DNA of 64,000 nt from Octopus vulgaris (lineage: Eukaryota), in NCBI GenBank assembly GCA_951406725.2, contig OX597819.1, forward strand, positions 131,564,001 to 131,628,000, in the 5' to 3' direction. Shown one piece after another: positions 1 to 13,009 of this stretch. The first letter of the stretch is position 1. Each line of letters starts with the position of its first letter. Both the position numbers and the translations under genes were made by a program. The notes under the pieces were generated by a model. The model made no database searches, was not told the origin of the DNA, and saw only the letters and a program-made list of their open reading frames with translations.

Positions 1-851
1 CTGTGATTTTTTGCTGCCCTGAAGAGTTTTCACATTCCAAGACACAATTAAAAAATTTTTAATTTTTGATTCACTTAATGTTCTGGTGCAGTTTTGGGTA
101 CCCCAGTCATTTACACCTAATGATAGGGAGCAATGCAAGTAAGCAATTTTTAGGTCACATTTTCTTGACCCTTTTCCATAGGAGGAAAGCAGTGCCATCT
201 TAAAAAAAGGATTGATCTGTTGTGAATTACCCAATTATTCACAGATGTTGTGTAAGGCGGCCATCTACCTCTGACTACCTATGTGTGAACTTCCATTGAC
301 ATCCTTCACCTGTTCCCATCGCTATCCATCATTGCCATAGGAATTGGGGAGGTACAATACATGGTGGTGGTATTTGCAGATGGTATTTTACTGAACCACC
401 TGCACATGGTTTCTTTATGGTGGTCACTGTTTGTGCAGCACAATGCAGACTCCTCTCACCATCAAAAAAGCATTTGACTGTACTAGTGTATGGTGTGCCA
501 CATGTCGGATGCCAAATTGATTGCAGATTTGAGATGAGAGGGAATTTCTGCTCGTCTAATAGCTCAAAAGCTACAGAGCCCAAACTGTCCAGACTGAGGA
601 AGTAGATGCTGGTAGTGCACACCAACTAAGAGCACCATCAGCAACCACAGACCTGATTTCATATCAGTTTTCCTTCTCCCAGATGGGAGTCCCATCTGCC
701 CCATACAGTAACACACACACAGACATACATGGGTTGCCCTCATCATGGCTAAGGAGTCTTACTGCCCTATACATATATATAAATACATAAAAAATGTAAA
801 AAGATATAAAGTTTAGAAATATAAATAAGATAAGATACATAAAAACAATAT

Positions 852-1245
852 AGGCGCAGGAGTGGCTGTGTGGTAAGTAGCTTGCTAACCAACCACATGG
901 TTCCGGGTTCAGTCCCACTGCGTGGCACCTTGGGGGCAAGTGTCTTCTACTATAACCTCAGGCCGACCAAAGCCTTGTGAGTGGATTTGGTAGACGGAAA
1001 CTGAAAGAAGCCTGTCATATATATGTATGTATATGTATATAATGTGTGTGTGTGTGTGTGTGCATCTGTGTTTGTCACTTGACAACCGATGCTGGTGTGT
1101 TTACGTCCCCGTAACTTAGCGGTTCGGCAAAAGAGACCGATAGAATAAGTACTGGGCTTATAAAGAATAAGTCCCGGGGTCGATTTGTTCGACTAAAGGC
1201 GGTGTTCCAGCATGGCCGCAGTCAAATGACTGAAACAAGTAAAAA
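852..1245 (+). mobile_element. tRNA-derived SINE, family A (octopus OR/OK-like), full length with central microsatellite
   Basis: A box TGGCTGTGTGG, B box GGTTCAGTCCC, central (AT)/(GT) tract, 3' end ...AATGACTGAAACAAGTAAAA; many further copies in the window. Confidence 0.9.
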
Positions 1246-1797
1246 AATAAATAAAAAATAAATAAATAAATAAAAAAATATATATACTAATGCACACACA
1301 CACACATAGTTGGCCCCTCATGAATTCCTCTGCCCTTTGATGGGTTTCATTTTTTGTCCAACCTTCCACACGAAGCAAGCTCGACAGGGTTACCAGTTTA
1401 GAGGCCGCCACCAATTGATATGCTATGGAAGTTCACAGTCTGTTGCTGCCTTGTTGACCAATGTTATCCAGGGAACATTTTAAAAAGTGAGGGTGCATGG
1501 CCTGTTGGTTAGTCTGCTGCACTCATGGTCACCAGATCCTGGGCTCAATCTCCAGACTGGTCGGCCTGTTAGTGTTCTCAAGCAAAACACTTCCTTTCAC
1601 ATTGCTTCAGTCCAATCAGCTGCAAATGGACACAAGGGTGGGACTCAGGAAAATCACCAAATGTAGGTCCCATGATCCATATTCTGTATTGAGTGATACA
1701 AAAGATGAACAGTACAACTCATACTACAAATCCCAAGTTGTTGGAATTGGTCATTCGACCAGGTTGACCATTTTTTTTTTTACAATCTTTACAATAG

Positions 1798-2236
1798 TCT
1801 TTTCTACTCAAGGCACAAGGCCCAAAATTTTGGGGGAGGGAGCCAGTCGATTAGATTGACCCCCCAGTACACAACTGGTACTTAATTTATCGACCCTGAA
1901 AGGATGAAAGGCAAAGTCGACCTCGGTGGAATTTGAATTCAGAGTGTAAAGACAGATGAAATACCTGTAAGTATTTCACCTGGCATGCTAATGATTCTGC
2001 CAACTCGTCACCTTTGCACATATTCAAATACTTTTCTACTTGAGGCACAAAGCCTGAAATTTTAGGGGAGCGGGGCAGTCAATTAGATCAACCCAGTATG
2101 CAACAGATTCTTAATTTATCGCTCCTGAAAGGAGGAACGGCAAAGTCGACCTCAGTGTAATTTGAACTCAGAGTGTAAAGACAGATGAAATACATTTCAC
2201 TTGGCAAGCTAACGTTTCTGCCAACTTGCTGCCTTA
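1798..2236 (-). mobile_element. Two adjacent copies of SINE family B
   Basis: Reverse complement of GAGTTCAAATTCC..GAGGTCGACTTTGCCTTTCATCCTTTC..GGTCGATAAATTAAGTACCAG occurs twice. Confidence 0.85.
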
Positions 2237-2627
2237 CAATATTGCTAATGCATTCATGCATGACTGGTTGTCTGTTGCTCTTAGGAGAGTTGGGGGTCCA
2301 TCAGACCAAAAGACTTTTGCTGGTCAAAATCAATTTGCTGTGCTAAGAGGATCTCATGGGTTTCTCAATCATGGAAAAATAAAAAAAGTCACAAAAGTTA
2401 TTGCACAGATAGACTTTGATTATCAGTCAGAATTTCCTGTCTGTTGTTTGTTGAACTTAAATGTTCTCCACAGAAAGAAAAACAGTTAAAAACTAATTAG
2501 TATTTTGATCAATTCAATGTTCCTTTCAGTTCCATGTTGTTTCACCTTCTTTTACTCAAATCTTTGTTGAATACATTCCTTTATTTCAATGAAACAAAGT
2601 GTCATTTATTCCAGACATAAAACAACA

Positions 2628-2688
2628 GGTAGTAGTAGTAGTAATGATAGTAGTGGTGGTGGTGGTGGTGGTAGTAGTAGTAGTGGTG

Positions 2689-2723
<35 letters not shown>
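2628..2723. repeat. Compound (GTA)n/(GTG)n microsatellite
   Basis: Directly visible trinucleotide tracts. Confidence 0.95.
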
Positions 2724-2724
<1 letters not shown>

Positions 2725-2923
2725 AATTAATGGAAGGTAAACGATTCATAAAAAAAGTTGAAGATATAGTTGAACATATTGTGTTATAAAACATCAAGTT
2801 TGGAACAGCTTCTGTTGTTGTAAAAGCTCCATTGTCGCTTCACCATATTGGAGACAGCAGGAGTGTCCTATGCAGGACACACAGCCTGTCTAAAGTGATG
2901 TGAAAGACCAGCTGTTAACATAC

Positions 2924-3118
2924 TTCTGTCTTCATTTTATAGCTGAAGAAGAGAAGGTCAGGCAGTTAATGCATTCTGGTTCCAGTTTTATTTCGTAATA
3001 GATGCAAGAACAACACTGCAGCTCCCATTCTGGAAGGCAGTTGTTGGTTTTTTTTCTCTGAAGTTGATCTTGACAAACTTTTTCTTTTTTTTTTTTCCAT
3101 CTCTCACAATAACAACGA
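2924..3118 (-). other. Candidate host exon (5' UTR plus possible first codons MKTE)
   Basis: Minus strand: acceptor TTTGTTGTTTTGCAG, donor GAA|GTATGT, AAAATG at 2935 giving ATG AAG ACA GAA before a phase-0 donor; unique sequence; no homology evidence. Confidence 0.3.
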
Positions 3119-3435
3119 CTGCAAAACAACAAAGCTTTCAATCTACAGAGATATAACTTATAACTCTTGTCTCGTGTATTATTGTCATTCTTTCTGTTGT
3201 GGAACAAATGACAAATTGAGGGCAAACAACAACAACTGCACCAACAACAACTGCAACAGCAACAACAACAACAACATATATGAAATATATGATTTCGAAT
3301 CAATACACGCTTTCTCTTTCTTACACAAACATATTATCTTCTACATTTTCAGTGTTTATTTTGCAGTGTTGCTATATAAAGTCCACCAGAAATGACATAA
3401 ATACATTCTAACGTTCACACAAACATGCATTTATA

Positions 3436-5187
3436 TTGGGTCATCCCACGAACAATGCAGTTTTTTTCAATTGCATGTAGTAAAAGTCAGAGACGGATAG
3501 GATAAACTACCTGCATCAACTTGTTATAAGAGCAGTTAGTAATTTTACCTTGCACTTATTCTTAGTGTAAGTTTTGAAGAGTGCAGTTCGATTTTAACAG
3601 TTATTTTTCAAACCTATAGTTCAGGGGTGAGGAAACCCCCGCTCATGGGTGCAATTGCACCTGTGAGCCCATTTTATTCTGCCCACAGGCTGATATACTC
3701 ATATGTACAAAATATAGTAAATTTATCAATTATAAAATTTATACAATATTCGTATGCCTATTTACAACATAGGTCACATTTCCACTACAATTTAAAACAG
3801 TTAGACTCATATAGAAAATCGTCCGGTAATTGCCATTTGAATGGAAATTTTGTTTTCACTACAAAACCCATATTGCTAAGTTTGTATCACCCCCTTGAGA
3901 CCCAACTACAGTCTAGCTGAAAAATATAGAATACCTCATAAGTAATATAAACGTCCTAAATCCAGTGGCAGCGTTAATGAAGATGTTAAGTGTTAAACTT
4001 ATCTTTATTAATGTATATCGAATTAGACATAGATATATACAAGATTTACACAGATTTAAGAGTTAGAACTTGTGATCCACCCGTGGACCTTTTTCTTTGT
4101 AAATTTTTGCTTGCCACACTAAAAAGTTTCCCCAGCGCATATTTAGCATATTTTGTTTTATGAGTTTATAAAGGAAATAATACAACAGAAAGTGCAAGGA
4201 ATATTAATGCATTATATAGGGATCAGACAATGAACATAAGCTAGTATCAATGGTGGTTCCAGAAATTCCGAACCAGAAACTACAGCCTAGAAGACAAGCC
4301 TTGTCTTGGAAGATCTGTAGAGTTTGACGAGGACGTCCTGTAAATCCTGATGGAACAAAATCTCATTGTAACTGTTTTAGAACTAGCAGTGAAACTTAGA
4401 TTTGGTCATTCATCAACACCTGTGTGCCACTGGAAAAGTCAGAAAATTGAATCAATGGGTCCCTCACAAATTTTCCTAATGTAATTGCATGCAGAGAATG
4501 AATGTGTGCTCTTCTTTGCTGTCACATCTCATGAATGAGTCTTTTTTGGACTGAATAATGGGTTCTCTATAAAAATGTCAAGCACCAAAGTCAATGGGTA
4601 AGAAAAGGAGAAACACCAGCACCCCAGGTCTTCACCAACATAATGTGTTGTAATCTGTTTTGTGGGGTATGAAAGGTTTAGTCCACTTTGAACTTTCAAA
4701 CCTGAACCAAACGATAACAAAGGAGATCTACTGTGAGCAGCTTGAGTGGCTTAAGTCAGCGCTAGAAGGAAATCGACCATCTTTGGTTTCAAGACAAAAG
4801 GTGCTCTTTCATCAGGATAATGCTTGGCCACATACAGTGAGGATGACATTCCAAAGGCTGGAGCAGTTTGAATGGGAAACGATGCTCTACCCACCATATT
4901 CACTGGACATTGCTCCATCTGACTATCATTTATTTGACAGTCATCAAAATCATTTGGATGGAAAAAATATGAATTCTGTAGACGAAGTCAGAACAGTACT
5001 GGAGGAGTATTTTTTGTGATGGACAAGTGAATTTTGGAAAAGGAGCCTTGCAAGTCTACCAGATAAGATGGAAGAGCAATGTAGAAAATGAAGGAGAGTA
5101 TATTTTAGATTGGAAAAGAATTTTGTTTATCTTAATTTTGAAAAATATATAAGCATAAAAAACCGCATTATTTATGGGATGACCCAA
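3436..5187 (+). mobile_element. Decayed full-length mariner (DD34D) transposon
   Basis: TIRs TTGGGTCATCCCA.../...TGGGATGACCCAA after TA; ORF 4660-5019 has LFHQDNAWPH and YPPYSLDIAPSDYHLF; stops and frameshifts upstream. Confidence 0.93.
3622..4136. mobile_element. hAT-type non-autonomous element nested in the mariner
   Basis: Begins CAGGGGTGAGGAAAC, ends AAAAGTTTCCCCAGC; interrupts the mariner at its start-codon region (compare 27001-27060). Confidence 0.7.
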
Positions 5188-5219
5188 TTTATACATACAG
5201 AAATACATATAAATTAATG

Positions 5220-5442
5220 TTTTATTGCCCACAGGGGACTGAACACAGAGGGGACAAAGACAGACAAAGGGATTAAGTCAATTACATCGACCCCAGTATG
5301 TAACTGGTACTTCTTTAATCAACCTCAAAAGGATAAAAGCAAAGTTGACCTTCGTGGAATTTGAACTCAGAATGTAACAGCAGACCAAATACCGCTAAGC
5401 ATTTCGCCCAGCATGCTAACGTTTTTGCCAGCTTGCTGCCTT
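5220..5442 (-). mobile_element. SINE family B
   Basis: Matches the 9571-9804 unit in reverse. Confidence 0.85.
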
Positions 5443-5475
5443 AGAAATACATATATATTGTTAAACAAATGATAT

Positions 5476-5480
5476 TATAC

Positions 5481-5539
<59 letters not shown>

Positions 5540-5552
5540 CATACATATATAC

Positions 5553-5603
<51 letters not shown>

Positions 5604-5604
5604 C

Positions 5605-5635
<31 letters not shown>

Positions 5636-5648
5636 CATACATATATGC

Positions 5649-5697
<49 letters not shown>

Positions 5698-5722
5698 TAT
5701 GTACATATACATATATATATCA
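5476..5722. repeat. Compound (AT)n/(ATAC)n microsatellite
   Basis: Directly visible; source of the YIYI ORFs. Confidence 0.95.
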
Positions 5723-6555
5723 TATAACAAAAGATAAAACAGAAGGGAAGATCTAACAATCCAAAAATAGTGTGAAAACTGATAATTATTAGATAATAAT
5801 TAGTAGCTAGGATCATAATTGGTGAGATTGTGGCAACATCAACCCTTTCTAGCCTGGATATATCCATAGAAACCGTACCTGTCTAACCTCTGACCAGAAC
5901 CTAACAGCAAATTCCCACAACTCATGTGGCCACCATGTCCAACCTGAGCAACAGCCCCAAGGTAAAAGGAGGCCCTTGATAGTCATCCCTTCGTTCACAT
6001 GACCTCCTTCATTGCTCTCCTTCTGGCAATGTCCCTCAGCCATTCATGTGATGTCACTGACCCCATACTTCTGGTCCACCTCAGCCCCACGATGACAAAG
6101 ATATGAATCATCGTTATCGTTTTAAAATCCTCTTTTGCTTGCTCATATGGGTCAGACATTCTACAACTGGATGCCTTCCCTGTTGCCAACCCCCACTGCT
6201 TTTCAAATAAAGCAATGTTTCTACATGACAAAATATGTTTTCACTGAAAATAGGAAATGAAGGACACTGCTTGTATGGCAGTGACACTTGTTTACAACTA
6301 ATTACATGATGCCAAAACCAGGACATGTTAACAACACATACTCACACACACACACACACCTGACAGGCTTCTTTCAGTTTCTGCCTACTGAATCCACTCA
6401 CAAGGCTTTGATCTGCCCAGGGCTATAGAAGAAGAGGCTTGTCCAAGGTGTCACACAGTGGGACTGAACCCGGAACCATGTGGTTGGGAAGCAAGCTTCT
6501 TACCACTCATCCTTAATTGCACCTATTTGCAAATAACTCTGGAATTCTATCTGGT

Positions 6556-7150
6556 TATAACGGAATATTTTCCTACACCATAGTTATACCACATGTTGTG
6601 CAGCAACGAAAGTAGAGCAATGATATATAACGCCACATGTTATCTAGAAAGTAAGTCGCAGGTTGTTGAGAGTTCACACCACAGCAACTTTTTGTCTCCG
6701 TCTTCGTTCCTCCGTTTGCAGCCTCCTCCCCAGTCTCTAGATAGCATCAAACTCTCCCTCCCCCTTTAAACAGCATTAAACCTTCCCTTTTCCTCCTCTA
6801 CATGCATTAAACCCCCCCCTCATCTCTTTCATGTGAGATCTCACGTCTCAACGCTCCACAACCTATAACAGAGTCCTCTATCTTGTTTGTTGATATCAAT
6901 GGTGTTATCACATCAGATGATATTACAGTTATCTCTTTATCTGATAATACTGGAATCATCTCTTTGACTAATATCATTGTATTTATCTCTCCTGTTGATA
7001 TTGATTATCACCTCCACAGATATTGCCAGGTATCTCTTTACTTGATTTATTACCTTAGCTGATATTATGGGAGTTATCGCTTTAGATCAGTGACGACAGA
7101 GTTATTATCACCATGGCTGATGGTATCACAATGAATCCCTTTGCCTGTTA
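6556..7150. mobile_element. Possible solo-LTR-like repeat
   Basis: Ends TATAACGG...CCTGTTACA resemble TG..CA inverted termini; no TSD found. Confidence 0.25.
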
Positions 7151-7173
7151 CATTTAGATTTTAATCATTTCAT

Positions 7174-7990
7174 AGGTACAGGTGTGGCTGTGTGATAAGA
7201 AGCTTGCTTCCCAACCTCACGGTTCTGGGTTCAGTTCTACTGCGTGGCACCTTGGGCAGGTGTCTTCTATTATAAGCCTTGGGACAACCAAAGCCTTAGG
7301 AGTGGATTTGGCCATTGGAAACTGAAAGAAGCCCACTGTATATGTATGTGTGTTTGTCCCACCACCACCACCACCACCACCACCACCATTTGACAACTCT
7401 ATTGGTGTGTTTAGATTTGCATAACTTAGCAGTTTGGCAAAAGGGAAATGCCATACTTGTGAAGACTTGTTGAACCAAGTGAAATCATAGTCGTGACTGA
7501 TGCCAGTGCCATCTGACTGGCACCCGTGCCAGTGACACATAAAAAGCATCATTCGAGGGTTGGGCCCCATAGAGCCAGTGACAGGTGACCAAGCCCTTTG
7601 GTGATATACCATGCTAGTGTAGACCTGTCAAGCCAAGTGAGACTGTAACTATGGCCGATGCCGGTGTCAGGTCAATGGCACCTGTGCCGGTGGCACATAA
7701 AAAACACCCACTACACTTTTGGAGTGGTTGGCATTAGGAAGGGCATCCAGCTGTAGAAACCTTGCCACATCAGATCAGAACCTAGTGCACCATCTTACCA
7801 GTTTTCAGTCAAAACGTCCAACCCATGCCAGTATGGAAAGTGGACCTTAAATGATCATGATGATGAGCTAAGGGGATGAGTACCAGGCTTAAAAAAACAC
7901 AAGCAGTGGGGGTTGATTCATTCGACTAAAAGTTCTTCAGGGCTACAGACCACATGGCTGTAGTCCAATGACTGAAACAAGTAAAAGATA
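7174..7990 (+). mobile_element. SINE family A split by a family C element (about 7450-7866)
   Basis: Family A 5' part to GGCAAAAG, then family C body ending in (GAT)n, then family A 3' part. Confidence 0.8.
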
Positions 7991-8849
7991 ATAAAGGGAG
8001 TTTTTAGCTGTTAATTACATGAATAACCTCAGGTAGTCAAATCCCTTTATCATATACGTGAAACCGTATTTGTGTTATCTAGAGTTCAAACTGTTTCCCT
8101 GAGGTATTTCCCTTCAACCTTATTGCTGTTCTATTCTCACCTGCCATAAACTATTCCACAAAGGAAACACACACACAGCTTCCCTACCTCCCCCATCAAC
8201 GCAACAAGAGAATATGAGATTCAGGATGGATTGTTCTTGGAACAATAAGAGGTATCATTAGTGTATTCTAGGAGAGAGCACACGGCTGCAGTTATATAAT
8301 AACAGTGATGACGACAACGATGATGATGATGATGATGATTTCTTTTATTTGCCACAGGGGCAAAAGACGAGGGGGGGTGACAATACAAGGACAGGCATAA
8401 AAGTATGGGGGGTTTACATATAAAGAAATGATAGAAATAAAATTTTAAAAAAGAATATAAAGAAAGTATACATGGTATATGAAAAGCAAACAAACAAAAA
8501 GGGAAGCAAACATAGTAAAAAAAAAGGCAGTGCTCCAGCATGGCCACAGTCAAATGACTGAAACAAGTAAAAGAATAGTATAAAACAAAAAAAAAAAAGA
8601 AGGATGATAGTGATGTGGTCCACTTTATACAGGAAGACCCCTAAGGATAGTCAAGGAATCCCAGCATCCAAGATCTGCCTGAACACCCAGGGCAAGTGCC
8701 CTGTCCAAGCCCCTGTTGCAAGCTGTAGAAATGTTTTATCAGTTTGTTAGGGAGGGGCTTTTGTGGTTCCCAGCAGGGAGCCGTGCTGCCTTGCTATGTT
8801 ACACATTTACAGCTGGTGGGTCTACCAGCCATTGGGATGGTTCATGGTA

Positions 8850-9190
8850 GAGGTGATGGTGATGATGATGGTGATGAAGATAGAATATAAACTGTAGATG
8901 GACTGATGTTCTAATCAGTTAGGCCAGATGCAACTGTCATGGATAAAATAAAGGGTTTATGAGGACGATGGGGTTGATGGTGGTGGCAGTGGTGGTACTG
9001 GTGATCATGATGATGATAATGATGATAGTGGTGGTAGTGGTAATCATCCTGATGATGATGGTGGATAATGATAATGATGACAACACTGCCTATAATAATG
9101 GGGTGGAGGTGGCCATGATGAGGACGATGTTGTTGTAGATGATGACAGTGATGACAGGGATGGTGGTGATGGTGACGCAGTTGGTGAGGA
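8850..9190. repeat. Degenerate (GAT/GGT)n low-complexity tract
   Basis: Directly visible; explains the His-rich ORF 8911-9195. Confidence 0.85.
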
Positions 9191-9194
9191 TGCA

Positions 9195-10495
9195 ACTGGC
9201 TATTCCTACAGGTTATGCTAGATCTAAAAGCTCACAAAGGCAGAACAGACCTAAAAGCCAAATTAGCCAAGAGAGATAACTCAAAGTGACCATTGGCATT
9301 TATTTGAACAATATAGACAAATAAAGGTATATCAAATACCATACAACATGAATTCTTGGATTTATTAAAACCATCTTCACTTTAAGAGGATATGTCAGAA
9401 TTATCAAATGGCAACTGAGGCCAACTCCATATGAGAAGGGAAGATAATCTCCAGAACCAAGAACTTCTCCAAAACTGACATGCCATTAAGGAGAAGGAGA
9501 CAGGTTTATTGTCTGGAGATAAGAAGGGATGTGTTTCTGCTTCAGTAGGTGTTATCAGCTGCACAATTACAGGGTGGCAAGCTGGCAGAAACGTTAGCAT
9601 GCCAGGTAAAATGCTTAGCAGTATTTCATCTGCCGTTACGTTCTGAGTTCAAATTCCGCCAAGGTTGACTATGCCTTTCATCCTTTCGGGGTTGATTAAA
9701 TAAGTACCAGTTACGCACTGGGGTCGATGTAATCGACTTAATCCTTTTGTCTGTCCTTGTTTATCCCCTCTGTGTTTAGCCCCTTGTGGGCAATAAAGAA
9801 ATAAGAAACGTTATTGCGCTGGGCGAAATGCTTAGCGGTATTTTGTCTGCTGCTACGTTCTGAGTTCAAATTCCACCGAGGTCGACTTTGCCTTTCATCT
9901 TTTCGGGGTCGATTAAATAAGTACCAGTTACGCACTGGGGTCGATATAATCGACTTAATCCCTTTGTCTGTCCTTGTTTATCCCCTCTGTGTTTAGCCCC
10001 TTGTGGGCAATAAAGAAATAAGAAACGTTATTGCGCTGGGCGAAATGCTTAGCGGTATTTTGTCTGCTGCTACGTTCTGAGTTCAAATTCCACCGAGGTC
10101 GACTTTGCCTTTCATCTTTTCGGGGTCGATTAAATAAGTACCAGTTACGCACTGGGGTCGATATAATCGACTTAATCCGTTTGTCTGTCTTGTTTATACT
10201 CTCTGTCTTTAGCCCCTTGTGGGTAGTAAAGAAATTGGTATTTCATCTGCTGTTACGTTCTGAGTTCAAATTCCGCCAAGGTCGACTTTGCCTTTCATCC
10301 TTTCGGGGTCGATTAAATAAGTACCAGTTACACACTGGAATTAATGTAATCAGCTTAATCCCTTTGTCTGTCCTTGTTTGCCCCCTCTATGTTTAACCCC
10401 CAGTGGGCAATAAAGAAATAAATTGTCTGACCTTATGTCAAGTCGCCAAGGGACATAGACATTTACAAAATGAGAAGAACATAATTTGTATAAAT
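9195..10495 (-). mobile_element. Decayed copy (more than one unit) of the ~380-nt hammerhead-bearing repeat, interrupted by a SINE B array
   Basis: Blocks align by eye with 37385-38055 (ATAACTCARAGTG, GGTATATCAAATACCATA, CCAAAACTGA..CCATTAAGG, TTGTCTGGAGA); degenerate HHR at 9528-9568. Confidence 0.65.
9571..10420 (+). mobile_element. Head-to-tail array of four SINE family B units (period 217 bp)
   Basis: GAAACGTTATTGCGCTGGGCG at 9805 and 10022; near-identical ORFs 9738-9935 and 9955-10152. Confidence 0.92.
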
Positions 10496-11063
10496 AAACA
10501 AATATGAGAGAAGACAACCCAGACCGGCCAGTGGTGATGGTCTTCTTTCACTGAAAAGATCTGCATGGGGTTGTGGCAGAAGAGACTAGCTCAAGGTGCC
10601 TTGCAGTGGGACTGAACCCAAAACCACATGGAAAGAAGATCAATCATGAAAATACAAATTCCAAAATGTTGAACCTGACTACAATGGGAAGGGAGAGGGG
10701 GAGAGAGAGGGAGAGAGCGAGAGAAAGAGAGAGAAAGAAAGAGAGAGAGAGAGAGAAAAAGAGAGAAAGAAAGAGAGAGATTGTCTGGAATTTAGGAGTT
10801 AGATGAAAAGGAAACAGACTCAAAGGAGACAGAAGTAGTTTGTGGTGTGTTTAACTTCGTTGTTAGGTAGCTAACAACAACAACAACAACAAACGCGTTT
10901 AATACTTTTCATTTGGTATATAAGAAGGACAACATATGTAGCTTAATTGGACATCCCTCAACCTGCAGACATTGAAGAACCAAGATATGCACTGATGGAA
11001 GATAAAATGCCACACCTGTATCTGGGAGGAAATACACACACACACACAAAAAAAAGAACGTGT

Positions 11064-11109
<46 letters not shown>

Positions 11110-11135
11110 CTTGCACATTAATAAATATACATACA

Positions 11136-11166
<31 letters not shown>

Positions 11167-11548
11167 ATATAAATATCAATAAAAATGTATGTGTGTGTGT
11201 GTGTATTGATGTTTTGATGCAGGATTTAACGGTTCATTTAGGATTAAAAGGCATTTGTGTTTAAAGAAGGTGTTAGTGACGTTAGAGAGAGGATAAATAT
11301 ATGAACACCTTGTCAGATTCAATGTCAGAATTTAATCAAATCCCAGGTAAAACCAGTGAAGTATATAGAAATGGAAGATTTGTGGGTGTTAATATAACTG
11401 TCTGATAAAATAAAACATGTCTGAGTACAAAAGGTGTAACAAATTGATTTGTTTATATATACATGTGTATATATACATACATGTATACATTTACATATTT
11501 ATACATACATATATACACATGCACATCTATTTATTTTTTTTCTTTGTG

Positions 11549-11610
11549 GGTTAACAAGGCTACCAATGGTTTCATGTGAAAAGATTGTCACAATTGTCGC
11601 CTTGTCAACC
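11549..11610 (-). pseudogene. Decayed minimal type I hammerhead ribozyme
   Basis: 12-bp stem I GGTTGACAAGGC/GCCTTGTTAACC, stem II TGTGA/TCACA, GAAACCATTGGTA; CUGANGA box reduced to GACAA. Confidence 0.6.
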
Positions 11611-11689
11611 AGCAAATAAAGAATCTTTATCCACCAATACAGTGTTGAGCACTCATTCTCACTCTTTCATCATCATCATCATCCACTGT

Positions 11690-11955
11690 TTTAAATCCAA
11701 GTTTTGTCCCCATTAATGGGGGTGGCCAGATCTACCTCAAATGCCATAGCAACCACCCACACACCATCTTGCCTGGTTTTGGGCATCCTTCTTTTTACAA
11801 ACCAACCCTCCCAATCTCCGCTACCTCACCTTTTCCTCAGTCTACTTTGCTTTTGCACTCCATTTACCTCAAATGCAATCACCCTCCTCAGAACATCCTC
11901 TTCATCCCTCTTCAACACATGCCCAAACCACCTCACTCCATTCACCCATGCCAAC
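11690..11955 (-). mobile_element. RTE-clade LINE 3' fragment
   Basis: RWFGHVLKRDEEDVLRRVIAFEVNG resembles the RTE ORF C-terminal LRWFGHV motif. Confidence 0.75.
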
Positions 11956-12237
11956 CATATATTCACATATATATATATTTGTATATATATATGTCGCTTT
12001 TTTCCAAGCAATCTAATGCTCTTAGCTTAGTTTTTCCTTGGGGCTGGCCAGATTGGAGTAATCTCAAGATTAATCAGCTGAAATTGCGAGGATGATCCGG
12101 TTCTTGACTGAAGATAAAAGGCTTTGAATGACCTGTCCGTGTTTTTTTGTATTGTCTATCAGGATGTTTTGTTGTCCCATTTTGTATTTTATTTTATATA
12201 TATATATATATATATTTGTATACACACACACATATCC

Positions 12238-12885
12238 TCATCATCAATATTTAGAGTCCGTTGTCCATGCTGCTATGGGTTGAATGGTTTGACCAGGGCT
12301 GGCAAGCTGAAAGGCTGTACCAGACTCCAGTGTCTTTTGATATGGTTTCTACAGCTGGATGCCAACCACTCTAAGCGTGTAATGGGTACTTTTACGTGCC
12401 ACTGGCACAGGTTCCATTTGCGTGACACCGGTATCTACTGCAACTGTGGTTTTACGTGGATTGATGGGTCTTCTTCTCAAGAACAGCATAATGCCAAAGG
12501 GACTTGGTCACTGCCCCTGTGAGGCCCAATGCTTGAAGCCCAGCATAATGCCAAATGGTCTCGGTCCCTGCCTCCATGAGGCCCAACGCTCAAAAGGTGT
12601 TTTTACGTGCCACGAGCATGAGTGCCATTTGCGTGACACCAGTATCTGCCACGACTGAGTTTGCTTGGCCTGATGGGTCTTCTTCTCAAGCACAACATAA
12701 AGCCAAAGGTCTTAGTGATTGCCTCTGTGAGGCCCAACACCCAAAAGGTGCTTTTTACGTGCCACCTGCATGGGTGCCATTTGCGTGACACCAGCATCAG
12801 CCATGACTAAGATTTCACTTGGCTTGATGGGTCTTCTACTCAAGCACAGCATATTGCCAAAAGTTTTGGTCACCTGTCATTGCCT
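12238..12885 (-). mobile_element. Family C retroposon ((GAT)n tail) with internal tandem modules
   Basis: Tail motif plus three repeats of TTTTACGTGCCAC..CCATTTGCGTGACACC..GATGGGTCTTCT. Confidence 0.85.
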
Positions 12886-12891
12886 CTTTCA

Positions 12892-12996
12892 GAGGGGGAC
12901 AATAAATAACCTGCACCAACTTGCTATAAAAGCAGAGAGTAATTTTACCTTGTTTTTATTCTTAGTGCAAGTTTTGAAGAGTGAAGTTCGATTTTC
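12892..12996 (+). mobile_element. Mariner 5' UTR fragment (same family as 3436 and 26846)
   Basis: CCTGCACCAACTTGCTATAAAAGCAG...TTCTTAGTGCAAGTTTTGAAGAGTG matches about 26890-26993. Confidence 0.8.
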
Positions 12997-13009
12997 CACA
13001 TCTGAAATT

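Noticed and set aside
329-625. 98-aa minus-strand ORF
   Set aside because: No recognisable motif or convincing splice sites; probably decayed repeat or intron
852-925. tRNA gene
   Set aside because: A and B boxes belong to a SINE head; no cloverleaf, and the sequence continues into the SINE body
5771-5784. GTGAAAACTGAT resembling the 3' part of bantam miRNA
   Set aside because: Seed absent and no hairpin
8911-9195. His-rich protein ORF
   Set aside because: Reverse translation of a (GAT/GGT)n low-complexity tract
11400-11425. CTGATAA...AAACATGTC hammerhead-like words
   Set aside because: No stem II, G12 missing, no stem I
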